Positions 55,140 to 64,000 of a stretch of DNA of 64,000 bases are shown here, piece by piece (the first letter of the stretch is position 1; every line of letters begins with the position of its first letter). Below the pieces are notes generated by a model, which did no database searches, was not told the origin of the DNA, and saw nothing but the letters and a program-made list of their open reading frames with translations. Origin of the DNA: Alphaproteobacteria bacterium (GTDB lineage: Bacteria > Pseudomonadota > Alphaproteobacteria > Bin95); NCBI GenBank assembly GCA_965205265.1, contig CBDBGH010000003.1:2688001-2752000 (forward strand), read 5' to 3'. The translations under genes were made by a program, and so were the position numbers.

Positions 55140-56405
55140 ATGGCCGCCACGGAACGGATGAAACTCACCGAGGCGACCATCGCCCGGCTCCGACCCCGCG
55201 AGCGCGAATACACGGTCTGGGACACGCGCGTCGCCGGGCTCGGCATCAGAGTGCGGCCCTCCGGGGGATGCAGCTATGTGCTGCTTCTCGACGCCGGCGG
55301 GCGCACGAAGCGCGTCTCGCTCGGGCGGGTCGGTGTCAAGAGCCTGGAAGAGGTCCGAAGGGAGTGCCATGCCCGCCGGGCAAACCCGGAGCCGGAGAGA
55401 GGGACCGCGCCGGCGTATGCCGTCCCGCTGTTCCGGGACTTCGTCGCCGGGCCGTGGAAGGAGGCGCATTTCGACCGCTTCAAGCCTTCGACGCAGCGGG
55501 CGGCCCGGTATCAGCTGGCGGCGCAACTCCTGCCGGCCTTCGGGGCGAAGGCGCTGGACCGCATCGGCGAGGGCGGCATCAGGCGCTGGTTCGAGCCCTA
55601 CAGCCGCACCGCCCCCGGCAACGCCAATCACGCCCTCGGGCGTCTCAGGCAGATTTTGAACTTCGCCGTCGCCTGCGGCCATATTGAACGCAATCCGGCC
55701 GACGGCATCGCGTTCAACCGGCTGGCGAAGCTCACGCGCTTCCTGTCCCGCGAGGAGATTGCGCGCCTGCACGCCGTCCTAGACGCCCGGACCCGCGAGG
55801 GCGACCGCCAGCAGGCCGACATCATCCGTCTCTTGCTGCTCACCGGATGCCGCCGGGGCGAGATCGTCGGCCTCAGATGGTCGGAGGTCCGCGACGGGGC
55901 ACTAGCGCTCGCCGACGCCAAGACGGGGCCGAGGACAGTTGCCCTCAATAGGCAGGCGAGAGCCATTCTCGACCGGCAGCCGCGCACGGGCAGCGCGTTC
56001 GTGTTTCCCTCGCCGCTCGATCCCGCCCGCCCGCGCGGCCCCGATCTCAGGCTGTGGCATCGTGTGCGCTGCGAAGCCGGCATCGAGGACTGCCGCCTTC
56101 ACGACCTGCGGCACACGATGTCGAGTCATGCCGTGATGAACGGCGTGCCCGTGCCGGTGGTCTCCCGGCTGCTCGGGCATTCCAATGTGCAGATGACGAT
56201 GCGCTATGCCCACCTCGCAGACCGCGACACCGAAGCGGCGGCGGAGCGTGTGGGGGAAGTCATCGACGCGCTCATGAACCAGCAGGGGACAGGAACGTTG
56301 GCGGCCGGCGACCCTACCGCCGCCCTGTCTCCCGCTGGCCGCGATCAATCCGGGACCGAGTCGCCCGGACGAGGCGGCAGCATTCCCCGACGCCGGCACG
56401 GATGA
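55140..56405 (+). CDS. Tyrosine recombinase 2 with N-terminal arm-binding domain
   Basis: WDTRVAGLGIRVRPSG; catalytic TGCRRGE, AKTG, HDLRH, LGH, TMRYAH. Confidence 0.94.
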   Translation: MAATERMKLTEATIARLRPREREYTVWDTRVAGLGIRVRPSGGCSYVLLLDAGGRTKRVSLGRVGVKSLEEVRRECHARRANPEPERGTAPAYAVPLFRDFVAGPWKEAHFDRFKPSTQRAARYQLAAQLLPAFGAKALDRIGEGGIRRWFEPYSRTAPGNANHALGRLRQILNFAVACGHIERNPADGIAFNRLAKLTRFLSREEIARLHAVLDARTREGDRQQADIIRLLLLTGCRRGEIVGLRWSEVRDGALALADAKTGPRTVALNRQARAILDRQPRTGSAFVFPSPLDPARPRGPDLRLWHRVRCEAGIEDCRLHDLRHTMSSHAVMNGVPVPVVSRLLGHSNVQMTMRYAHLADRDTEAAAERVGEVIDALMNQQGTGTLAAGDPTAALSPAGRDQSGTESPGRGGSIPRRRHG

Positions 56406-56918
56406 GCGTAAGCGCTGCATCATTGCCTGTCCCGGTCGCCGTGGGGAGCGTCCCCGCTTTCCCTCGTCTGCCAGTCCACCCTGTGGTTCGCGTCTGCGCC
56501 CCTAGGCCGGATCTTCCCGCCGTTGAGTTGCTGCGTGTTGGCGAGATGTTCCGCTCCCCTAAGGTGTTGACGACGGCACGGTTACTCGTGCCGGTGCCGC
56601 GCTCGTAGGCCGCCCACCTCTCGCCCCAGCGCGCCGAGTCCATATCGAACTTAACCCCCAGCGTGCCAGTGATGTCGACCGACCCGCCGATAAAGCCCTT
56701 CCTAGGGCCCTCCCTCCATTCACCTTCATCCCTCTTCAACCGTACTGGTCAGCCCTCTTGCTCTCACCCTTTTGACTGACCGTGCAAAACACCCTACCAT
56801 TTCTTTAGCCTCGCGCCTCAGCCACCGTTACGACCTTCCACCCCTTCTGTTCTCCTAGCACCCACGAGCACTCCTTTCCTGCTCTTCGCCACCTTCCGCC
56901 TCCAGTGCGAGCACCTCA

Positions 56919-59216
56919 ATGCCCGAGCGAACCTTTGTTGCATTCTCTTCGGCTGATACCGTCCTCGCCGAACTCATTGACACGGCCTGTGAACACGCTC
57001 AAACCTCGAAACGCATTCTTGAGCCTTGGAACCGATTCGACCCCTCTGGTACTCCGATAGATAAAACGGTCTATTCTTGGATTGAAGACGCAGACTCGCT
57101 TATAGCTGACGTCTCAGAGCCCAACGACAACGTCACCTATGAAATCGGCTTGGCCTTGGGCCTGCGGAAACCACTACGACTAATTCGTGCTTCGAATAAA
57201 GCCTTAAAGAACTTGGTATCAGTAGGCCTTCTGCACAATGTTGGACACGACGAATACACCAATACCGCCTCTTTGGCCGCTATACTGAAGAAACCCATCT
57301 CGCCAAACAACTGGCCCAAGTCAAGCCCAAATCGCGAACATCCAGTATATTTTCTTCAACTGACTGGGGACGAAGATATCTCTCGCCGCGTCGCAAGTCA
57401 CATAAAGAAAATTATTAAATTGAAGTACCGGTCCATGAACCCCAATGAAGTGGATCGCCTGACGGCTTCCGAAGCATTCGAGCATATCTCTCAGTCCTTT
57501 GGCATTATTGCAGTTTGGGACAACTCCGAAGCAGGCTCTTCGACACGGCAAAATCAACGCACCTCTTTCGCGATTGGTGTTGCCCGGGGCCTAGACATTC
57601 CCTTTTTGCTTCTTGCCCACAAAGATGACAGGCTTCCACTCGACCTAGACGAAATAGCGACCCGATGGGAGCATATTGCTGGACTATCCTCCATTATGAG
57701 GAGATTTCGCGACGAGATATACGAATACCAGGAAGCCTTTGTTGAAATCAAGCCCAATACCGAGCGATTTCTTGACCAAGTGTATTGTGGAGATCCTGCG
57801 GCAGAAAATGAAGCATCCCAGCTGGAGACATACTTCCTTGAAACGGAGCAATTTCGACTAACATCATCCGGAGATCTGAACATCCTATTGGGGAGAAAGG
57901 GCAGCGGAAAAACAGCCATTTTTCTCCAAACACGAAATAGAACACGCTCAGAAAAATCGAATATAGTTGTTGATTTGCAGCCGGAAGGCTATCAGTTGAT
58001 TCGGTTAAAGGAGTTTGTGCTAGAATATCTTTCTATCGGTGCTCGAAAAGAATTTATCGCCTCTTTCTGGGAATATATCGTATGGCTGGAAATTGCTTAT
58101 AAAATTTTAGAAAAGGATCACCGCCGGGCCCGATATGATTTTGAGTTGATGGAAAGATATAGGCAGTTGGAGAAATTTTACCAAGAGCGGGCGGAAGGAG
58201 AGGGGGACTTTAGTGAACGACTTCAAGCCCTCGTCGAAAGAATTATTACCCGTTATGAAGGCCAAAGCGGATGGCAGGAGGGATCATTGGCGTCATCCCG
58301 CGTGCTGGAAATAGTTTATGGCAAGGAAATTACCCAAATACGAGAGGAGGTTTTGGGATACCTTTCGAGAAAGGGCGTGGTATTCTTTTTGTTTGATAAC
58401 CTGGATCGATTTTGGACACCGCCTTCATTCACTGAGTTGGATGCTGAAATTATCTCGGGGTTAATTGAGTCGCTAAAGGATATACGACGAAGATTTTCGC
58501 GAAAACAGTTAGAGTTTAGCTGGGCAATTTTTCTTCGCAGTGATGTATTCGAGTTCGTCATTGGTGCTATGGCGGACTACGGGAAGCTTAGCGTGGCGAG
58601 TGTGGAATGGAATGACAGAGCCTTATTGGAGCAGCTGTTCAAGAATCGAATATTGAAAGGCTTGCGAGCTGGTAAACGGAGGTGGGGCGAAGTATGGGAA
58701 CAGGTGTCCGTGCAACGGGTGGATGGTAAACGAACGTTGGAGTTTCTAGTCGAATCTTCGCTAATGCGCCCGAGATATCTCATTCGGCTGTTTGAAACCG
58801 CAAGGAGGAGGGCGGTAACGTTAGGTCGCAACACCGTGCAAGAAGAGGATTATCGCTTGGCTTTGGAGGAGCTGGGCTGGCAGGTATTGGAAGATTTTGA
58901 CCGAGAGCTGAAGGATGTGGTTCCCGCCGCGGAGGACTTGATGTTTGATTTGCTTCAGTTGGGGACCGAGTTTTCGTTGAATCGTTTACGCCGAGCAGTC
59001 GAAGCTAGAGCGCGGGCGGGGGATGTGGTCGATATGGTTGTGGACGTGTTGATATGGACAGGCTGTATCGGCGTCAAAAACGGTAGTGGGGTCACTTACA
59101 TTTCCGATTGCGGGTTTAGAAGGGCGTATATTCGATCATTGCTCCGCGACGAGGACGCGCAGGTTATAGTTTTTCATCCCACGTTGGCGGCCGTGATTGG
59201 GGGACCAACGACATAG
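56919..59216 (+). CDS. NDT/TIR-like domain fused to P-loop ATPase (Sll1717-like); candidate defence protein
   Basis: IADVSEPNDNVTYEIGLALGLRKP N-terminal motif, GDPAAENE, GRKGSGKTA Walker A, FFLFDNLD Walker B; much lower GC than flanks. Confidence 0.8.
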   Translation: MPERTFVAFSSADTVLAELIDTACEHAQTSKRILEPWNRFDPSGTPIDKTVYSWIEDADSLIADVSEPNDNVTYEIGLALGLRKPLRLIRASNKALKNLVSVGLLHNVGHDEYTNTASLAAILKKPISPNNWPKSSPNREHPVYFLQLTGDEDISRRVASHIKKIIKLKYRSMNPNEVDRLTASEAFEHISQSFGIIAVWDNSEAGSSTRQNQRTSFAIGVARGLDIPFLLLAHKDDRLPLDLDEIATRWEHIAGLSSIMRRFRDEIYEYQEAFVEIKPNTERFLDQVYCGDPAAENEASQLETYFLETEQFRLTSSGDLNILLGRKGSGKTAIFLQTRNRTRSEKSNIVVDLQPEGYQLIRLKEFVLEYLSIGARKEFIASFWEYIVWLEIAYKILEKDHRRARYDFELMERYRQLEKFYQERAEGEGDFSERLQALVERIITRYEGQSGWQEGSLASSRVLEIVYGKEITQIREEVLGYLSRKGVVFFLFDNLDRFWTPPSFTELDAEIISGLIESLKDIRRRFSRKQLEFSWAIFLRSDVFEFVIGAMADYGKLSVASVEWNDRALLEQLFKNRILKGLRAGKRRWGEVWEQVSVQRVDGKRTLEFLVESSLMRPRYLIRLFETARRRAVTLGRNTVQEEDYRLALEELGWQVLEDFDRELKDVVPAAEDLMFDLLQLGTEFSLNRLRRAVEARARAGDVVDMVVDVLIWTGCIGVKNGSGVTYISDCGFRRAYIRSLLRDEDAQVIVFHPTLAAVIGGPTT

Positions 59217-59773
59217 AGAGAGTTCAAAGGAAGCGGACGGTCCCGCCGCGGGCCAGGGCCCTGGAGGGCCGCGAGCATTCGCTTCACTGAGGGGTCTGCG
59301 GGGCTCGTTCCAGTTCTCCCTTGCGCCGGTTCTGCGCCGGCAGCCATTGCGTCGTGCTTCGCCGTGCTGCGTCCGGCCGGTCGGTGGTCCGGCCAGAGGC
59401 GCAAGAGGGCGGCGAAACGCGCCCGTCCGGCCTTGAGGGCCGGCCGTAGGCGCTTCTCTAGGTCGGGGCAGCATGCCTCCGTCCCGGGATTCGATCGCCG
59501 CTCCGCCCGGTCCACGCCGCGCGTCCCGGTTTCCGCTGTGCCCACCGCCGCCTTCCCCGCCTCCGGTCGCCTCACCATCTTGCGGTGATACGTAGTCCGA
59601 TCGTGTGCTCCGGCGCCGCCGCGCCTGCTTCGGGCCCGGCGGCCTCGCGCTGGTTGGCTTCGAGTGCGAGTGCGAGTTCGAGTGCACCGTAAGCGATGCG
59701 GCAGGGGCACCTTCCGCTCGGTCTCGGGATTTGAGACTCCGCTACGTTCGGGAGGACGTAGAGGAGTTTCTCC

Positions 59774-60163
59774 ATGGAGCGCACTGCGGAGTTTCTCAGC
59801 CCGGTCGAGGTGATCGGTGGAGTGAAGGGTCGCCGTCGCTGGCCGGAAGAGTTGAAGGCGCGGATTGTAGCGGAGACGCTTGAGCCTGGCGCGAGGGTGG
59901 CCTCGGTAGCACGGCGTTACGATCTTCGCCCAAGCCATCTGTCGGACTGGCGTCGCAAGGCGCGGGAGGGTCGCCTGGTTTTGCCTGCAGCGGACGAGGC
60001 AGTGGAGTTTGCGCCGCTGGTGGTCCGGGCTGAAGGGCACGGCGCCGAGGCGAACGGTGGGTGTCTGGAAGTGGTTCTGGACCGGGTTACGGTCCGTCTG
60101 GATGCGGCGGTGCCGGCGGGCCGGCTGGCGGAGATCGTGTCTGCGCTGAATGCGCTGTCATGA
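59774..60163 (+). CDS. tnpA: IS66 accessory protein TnpA
   Basis: RRRWPEELKARIVAETLEPGA.V..VARRY HTH. Confidence 0.9.
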   Translation: MERTAEFLSPVEVIGGVKGRRRWPEELKARIVAETLEPGARVASVARRYDLRPSHLSDWRRKAREGRLVLPAADEAVEFAPLVVRAEGHGAEANGGCLEVVLDRVTVRLDAAVPAGRLAEIVSALNALS

Positions 60164-60513
60164 TCTTCCCGTCGAACCGGGTGCGGATCGTTGTCGCAAC
60201 GAAGCCCGTCGACTTCCGCCGCCAGCACGACGGCCTTGTCGCGCATGTGAAGGGCGCGCTGCGGCGGGACCCGTTCACCGGCACGGTATACGTCTTTCGA
60301 TCGAGGCGAGCTGACAGGCTGAAGCTGGTCTTCTGGGACGGGACCGGGCTGGTGCTGATCTACAAGCGTCTGGAGGACCAGGGCTTTGTATGGCCGGCGA
60401 TCCGCGACGGGGTGATGTCGCTGAGCCATGCGCAGTTCGAGGCCTTGTTCGCGGGCCTGGACTGGCGTCGCGTGCGGGCGCTGTCGGCGCGGCGCCCGGC
60501 TGAGGCGGAGTGA
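60160..60513 (+). CDS. tnpB: IS66 accessory protein TnpB
   Basis: KPVDFRRQHDGL, VFRSRRADRLKLVFWDGTG, YKRLE. Confidence 0.93.
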   Translation: MIFPSNRVRIVVATKPVDFRRQHDGLVAHVKGALRRDPFTGTVYVFRSRRADRLKLVFWDGTGLVLIYKRLEDQGFVWPAIRDGVMSLSHAQFEALFAGLDWRRVRALSARRPAEAE

Positions 60514-60568
60514 CTCAGCCGGTGGATCGGGGCGTCCGGCTCCGCGACACTGTGCTACCAAGCGAGCC

Positions 60569-61787
60569 ATGGCTGCGCTTGCGGAGATCGACCTTGAAAC
60601 GCTGACACCCGAACAGCGGGAAGCGGCGGTGCAGGCGATCATGGCGCTGGAGACGCTTCGCACCGAGAACGAGGTGTTGACGGACCGCAATGAGGCGCAG
60701 TCCGAGCGCATCCGCCGTCTCGAACACCTGGTGCGCGAGCTGCAGCGCGTTATCTACGGGAAAAGGTCGGAGAAGCTGACGGCGGACGAGCGCCAGCTGG
60801 CGTTCGAGGACCTTGTTGCGGCGGCGGAAGAGATCGAGGAAGCGATCACGCCGGCCGATCCGGCGCCGGCCCAATCGCCGAAGCGTCCTCGCCCGGCGCG
60901 CAATCTCGGCCATTTGCCGGACCACCTGGAGCGGATCGAGCAGGTGATCGAGCCGGAGAGCACGCTCTGCCCCTGCGGCTGCGGGGAAATGGCGAAGATC
61001 GGCGAGGATCGCACGGAGCGCCTGGACATCGTGCCGGCGCAGTTGCGGGTGATCGTCACGGTGCGCCCGAAATACGCCTGCCGCCGGTGTGAGGAAGGCG
61101 TGACCCAGGCGCCGGCGCCGGCCCGGCTGATCGAAGGGGCGCTGCCGACCGAAGGCGCTATCGCGCATGTGCTGGTCTCGAAATACGCCGATCATTGTCC
61201 GTTGCACCGTCAGACGCAGATCTATGCCCGCTCAGGCCTCGATCTGGACCGCTCGACGCTGGCCGGCTGGGTCGGCAAGGCCTCGTTCCACCTCAGGCCG
61301 GTGGTTGACCGCCTGGCACGGCACCTGAAACGGTCGTCCAAGCTCTTCATGGATGAGACGCGGGCGCCGGTGCTCGATCCGGGCCGCGGCAGGACGAAGA
61401 CCGGCTGGTTATGGGCGCTGGCCCGCGACGACCGTTCCTGGGGCGGGCCCGATCCACCGGGCGTCGTCTACTTCTACGCCCCCGGGCGCGGCGGCGAACA
61501 TGCGGAGCGCTTCCTTGATGGCTTCGACGGCATCCTGCAGGTCGATGGCTATGCCGGCTACAGCCGGCTGGCCGGACCGAGCCGCAAGGGCGGCGCGCCG
61601 CTGCGGCTGGCCTACTGTTGGGCCCATTGTCGGCGCCGGCTTCGCGAAATCCACGACAGCAGCGGCTCGGAAATCGCAGCCGAGGGCTTACGCCGGATCG
61701 CCGAACTCTACGCCATCGAGGCCGATATACGCGGCAGCCCGCCGGAGCTGCGCCTCGCCGAACGGCAAACGCGCTCCGCGCCCCTGG
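60569..61787 (+). pseudogene. tnpC: IS66 transposase TnpC, truncated by IS21 insertion
   Basis: YGKRSEK, KYADH.PL.RQ, MDET, LQVDGYAGY, CWAHCRR; homology stops at RSAPLV. Confidence 0.88.
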
Positions 61788-61881
61788 TGTTAGCGACGGT
61801 TAGGAAGGGCGTTTATTTGCTGGCGCGGAACGGCCGGTTTGTGCGGCTTGCGAGCAGCGTCGCATGGGTTAGGTGTTGCGT

Positions 61882-62775
61882 TCATCTGATTGGGCGGTCA
61901 TCGGTTTCGAGCGGCTCGCCGTCGCGGTCACGGATGAGCATGTCGTTCCAGTCCTGGTTTTCGAGGGCCGGTCGCATTCGGACGATTCTTGTGTCGTTGT
62001 CTTGCATGCGGCGGGCGGCGTGATCGCCGTATCGTGTAGCGTCCCAGGCACAGAAGATACGGCGCGGGTTCCAGGCCTCGACCCATTTGGGGATTCTGGC
62101 CGTGATGGCGCCGGTGGAGACGACGGCGCATTTGCTGCGTTTTTCCGGGACGAGGTGGAGGGAGAGGATCGACAGGGCGTCGAGGGCGCTGCCGGTGAGG
62201 ATGACGGTGCCGGGCCAGTCGGGCTCCCATGACATCCAGAAGCCGCCGTCTGCGGCCGGCTCCTGCGCTGCGGGGAGGGTCTCTATGCCGACCACCTTGC
62301 TGGCGGCGTTTCGGCGGAGGAACACGGGATTGCCGCGCCGGTCGGCACGGATCAGGCCGAGGCCTCGGCATAGCTCGACGAGCGCGTCGGCGAGGCCGCG
62401 CTGCTCGATGAGGTATTGCCGCAGCGCCGGCCAGCGAGGGTCCTGGCACGAGGGCTCCGCCTCACAGCGACTGTTCGGGAGCCGTGAGTGGCGCGGCAGT
62501 TGGGCGAGGAAGTCGAGGGCTTCGGTCGTTGGGCATCCGAGCGCATGAACCGCCAGCTGGATGGCCCCGGCGCCTCCCTCTCCGCGCAGATGGTCGTAGA
62601 ACATGAAGCGGTTGATGGAGAGGACCGAACCGGCTCGTCTCCAGCGCGCGGCATCGGCGGGATCGCGGCGATAGCCGAGGGCGTGGACCACGTCTTCGAG
62701 GGGGCAGCTTCGCAGCCCCTCGGCCCGCAGGCGGCGATCCCATGGATGCAGATGCTGCACGGCTGGCTCAGGCAT
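61882..62775 (-). CDS. DUF3991 + degenerate Toprim domain protein
   Basis: [42 protein letters not shown]; start overlaps istB stop. Confidence 0.72.
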   Translation of the reverse strand: MPEPAVQHLHPWDRRLRAEGLRSCPLEDVVHALGYRRDPADAARWRRAGSVLSINRFMFYDHLRGEGGAGAIQLAVHALGCPTTEALDFLAQLPRHSRLPNSRCEAEPSCQDPRWPALRQYLIEQRGLADALVELCRGLGLIRADRRGNPVFLRRNAASKVVGIETLPAAQEPAADGGFWMSWEPDWPGTVILTGSALDALSILSLHLVPEKRSKCAVVSTGAITARIPKWVEAWNPRRIFCAWDATRYGDHAARRMQDNDTRIVRMRPALENQDWNDMLIRDRDGEPLETDDRPIR

Positions 62776-63553
62776 CCCCCGTGTCTTGCGCCGTGCTCTT
62801 GCCCGCTCCTTTTGCCGATCGCCGCCGGCGGCGATCGGCGCTGCGCTGCTTCTGGCGTTCCTCGGCCTCCTTGCGGCGGTATGAGTCGCCGTCGATGGCG
62901 AGGATCTCGGCATTGTGGACGAGCCGGTCGACAAGGGCCACGAGGCAGGCGGCGTTGGGGAAGGCCTCGCTCCACTCGGCGAAGGGGCGGTTTGTGGTGA
63001 TGATGGTGGAGCGCTGCTGGCTGCGGCTTGAGACGATATTGAACAGCAGGTCGGCATGACGGTTGGAGTAGGAGAGATATCCGACTTCGTCGATGACCAG
63101 GAGGTGCTGGCGGGCGTAGAAGCGCAGCCTGCGCTGGAGCATTGTGTCGGAGTCGATGGCGGCGAGCTCGCCGAGCAGGCTGGCGGCGGTTGCGAAGCGC
63201 ACGGTGTGGCCTTCGAGGACGGCGCGGTGTGCGATATTGGCGGCGATTGTGGACTTGCCGACGCCGTTGGGGCCGATGAGGACGACATTGGCGCCCTCGC
63301 GGAGGAAGTTGAGGGTCATGAGGTCCTCGACGGCCATGCGGTCGCATCGCCTTGGCCAGTCCCAGTCGAAGTCGGCGAGCGGCTTGAACTGTCCGAGGCG
63401 GGCGGCGGTGAGGCGTCGCCTGAGGCTTCGGCTTCGCCTCTCTTCCTCTTCCCATGCGATCAGGGGCGGGAGCCAGTCGCGCTCCGCAACCTCGCTCCAG
63501 TGGGCGAGGAGGCCGTGCAGTCCGAGCGCCGTGGCGCGGTCCTTGAGGGTCAT
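62768..63553 (-). CDS. istB: IS21 helper ATPase IstB
   Basis: [43 protein letters not shown]. Confidence 0.93.
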   Translation of the reverse strand: MTLKDRATALGLHGLLAHWSEVAERDWLPPLIAWEEEERRSRSLRRRLTAARLGQFKPLADFDWDWPRRCDRMAVEDLMTLNFLREGANVVLIGPNGVGKSTIAANIAHRAVLEGHTVRFATAASLLGELAAIDSDTMLQRRLRFYARQHLLVIDEVGYLSYSNRHADLLFNIVSSRSQQRSTIITTNRPFAEWSEAFPNAACLVALVDRLVHNAEILAIDGDSYRRKEAEERQKQRSADRRRRRSAKGAGKSTAQDTGDA

Positions 63554-64000
63554 TCTTCGCTGTCCTCCTCGTGGTGGCTTGCGAGCCCGTCGTATCCGCC
63601 GAGGTCGTGATCGCGGACCGCGATATCGCGCAGTCTTGGATCGCCGGGCAGGTCGATGGGGATGGGTGGTGGCTCGTTGCGCTGTTCGCGCCGCCGGTTC
63701 AGGCTGAAGCGCACCGCATTGGGATGGGGGACGCCGCGCTCAAGGGCTTCATCGATGGCGGCTTCGAGTTCGACGGCTCCGTAGTCGTCGAGCAGGCGCA
63801 GCAGGGAGGCGACGGTTGTGCCGATATTGCCGCCGCGCCTGGCGGTCTCGGCAAGCAGGCGCTCGCTGTCGGGGGCGGCCTGGAGAAGGCGGCTCTGCCC
63901 GCGCAGGCGGTGGGCGTGACGTTTGAGCCTGACCAGCTCCTCGATGTGCTCGGGGGTCTCGATGCGGGCCGCCTTGTCGAAGCTGCGCGGATGACGGGCG
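63550..64000 (-). CDS. istA: IS21 transposase IstA, C-terminal part (partial)
   Basis: Hand translation ARHPRSFDK..IE.PEHI...LLRLLDDYG..EL.AAI.EAL..GVPHPNAVR...HDLGGYD; stop overlaps istB start. Confidence 0.88.
   Translation of the reverse strand, partial: ARHPRSFDKAARIETPEHIEELVRLKRHAHRLRGQSRLLQAAPDSERLLAETARRGGNIGTTVASLLRLLDDYGAVELEAAIDEALERGVPHPNAVRFSLNRRREQRNEPPPIPIDLPGDPRLRDIAVRDHDLGGYDGLASHHEEDSEE

Larger units (their letters stand above)
59689..61787 (+). mobile_element. IS66-family element, left part (interrupted)
   Basis: Begins GTAAGCG (IS66 IR signature); tnpA-tnpB-tnpC order. Confidence 0.88.
53892..64000 (+). mobile_element. Integrative element headed by tandem tyrosine recombinases (right end outside window)
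   Basis: Sharp junction inside the DMFase gene, palindromes and CA(A/G)CTGCCA repeats at the end, two integrases, low-GC cargo, nested ISs; the missing 5' DMFase half is not in the window. Confidence 0.7.
61788..64000 (-). mobile_element. IS21-family element with extra DUF3991/Toprim gene (other end outside window)
   Basis: TGT terminus (TGTTAGCGAC) exactly where tnpC homology stops; istA-istB-orf3 on minus strand. Confidence 0.82.

Noticed and set aside
56408-56418. GTAAGCGCTGC resembling the IS66 terminus at 59689
   Set aside because: Only 10 of 11 nt match, in direct orientation, and no IS66 sequence follows; may be chance.
56314-56739. Minus-strand ORF between integrase 2 and the cargo gene
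   Set aside because: No recognisable motif; it overlaps the Int2 end and lies in compositionally skewed DNA.
59220-59688. ORFs and a CGAGTG hexamer run before IS66
   Set aside because: The ORFs are low-complexity and the four-unit hexamer run is too short to assign a function.

Overview
GC-rich alphaproteobacterial (Rhodospirillales-like) chromosomal window. The housekeeping backbone includes the narI 3' end plus a PPIase, lpxC-bamD-recN-ligA, infA, rpmJ, tRNA-Gln, lptD and rnd-kdsD-lptCAB-rpoN-hpf-ptsN. Catabolic and cofactor genes include LLM, cofC, TauD, PhyH, CoA transferases, GGT, a TRAP transporter and hydantoinase A/B. Five mobile elements, three of them nested, have ends readable in the sequence. 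(1) A complete IS21 (21750-24542, TSD AGGGAC). (2) An IS1595-family element (28265-31100, TSD TTTTCATA) carries a DNA adenine methylase and a putative endonuclease and sits exactly on the start codon of a TonB-dependent receptor. (3) From about 53892 to beyond the window end, an element headed by two tandem, catalytically intact tyrosine recombinases splits an N,N-dimethylformamidase gene and carries a low-GC NDT/TIR-like + P-loop ATPase defence candidate. (4) Inside it an IS66 is interrupted by (5) an IS21-family element with an extra, apparently catalytically dead DUF3991/Toprim gene. All calls come from motif recognition by eye; no database searches were run.
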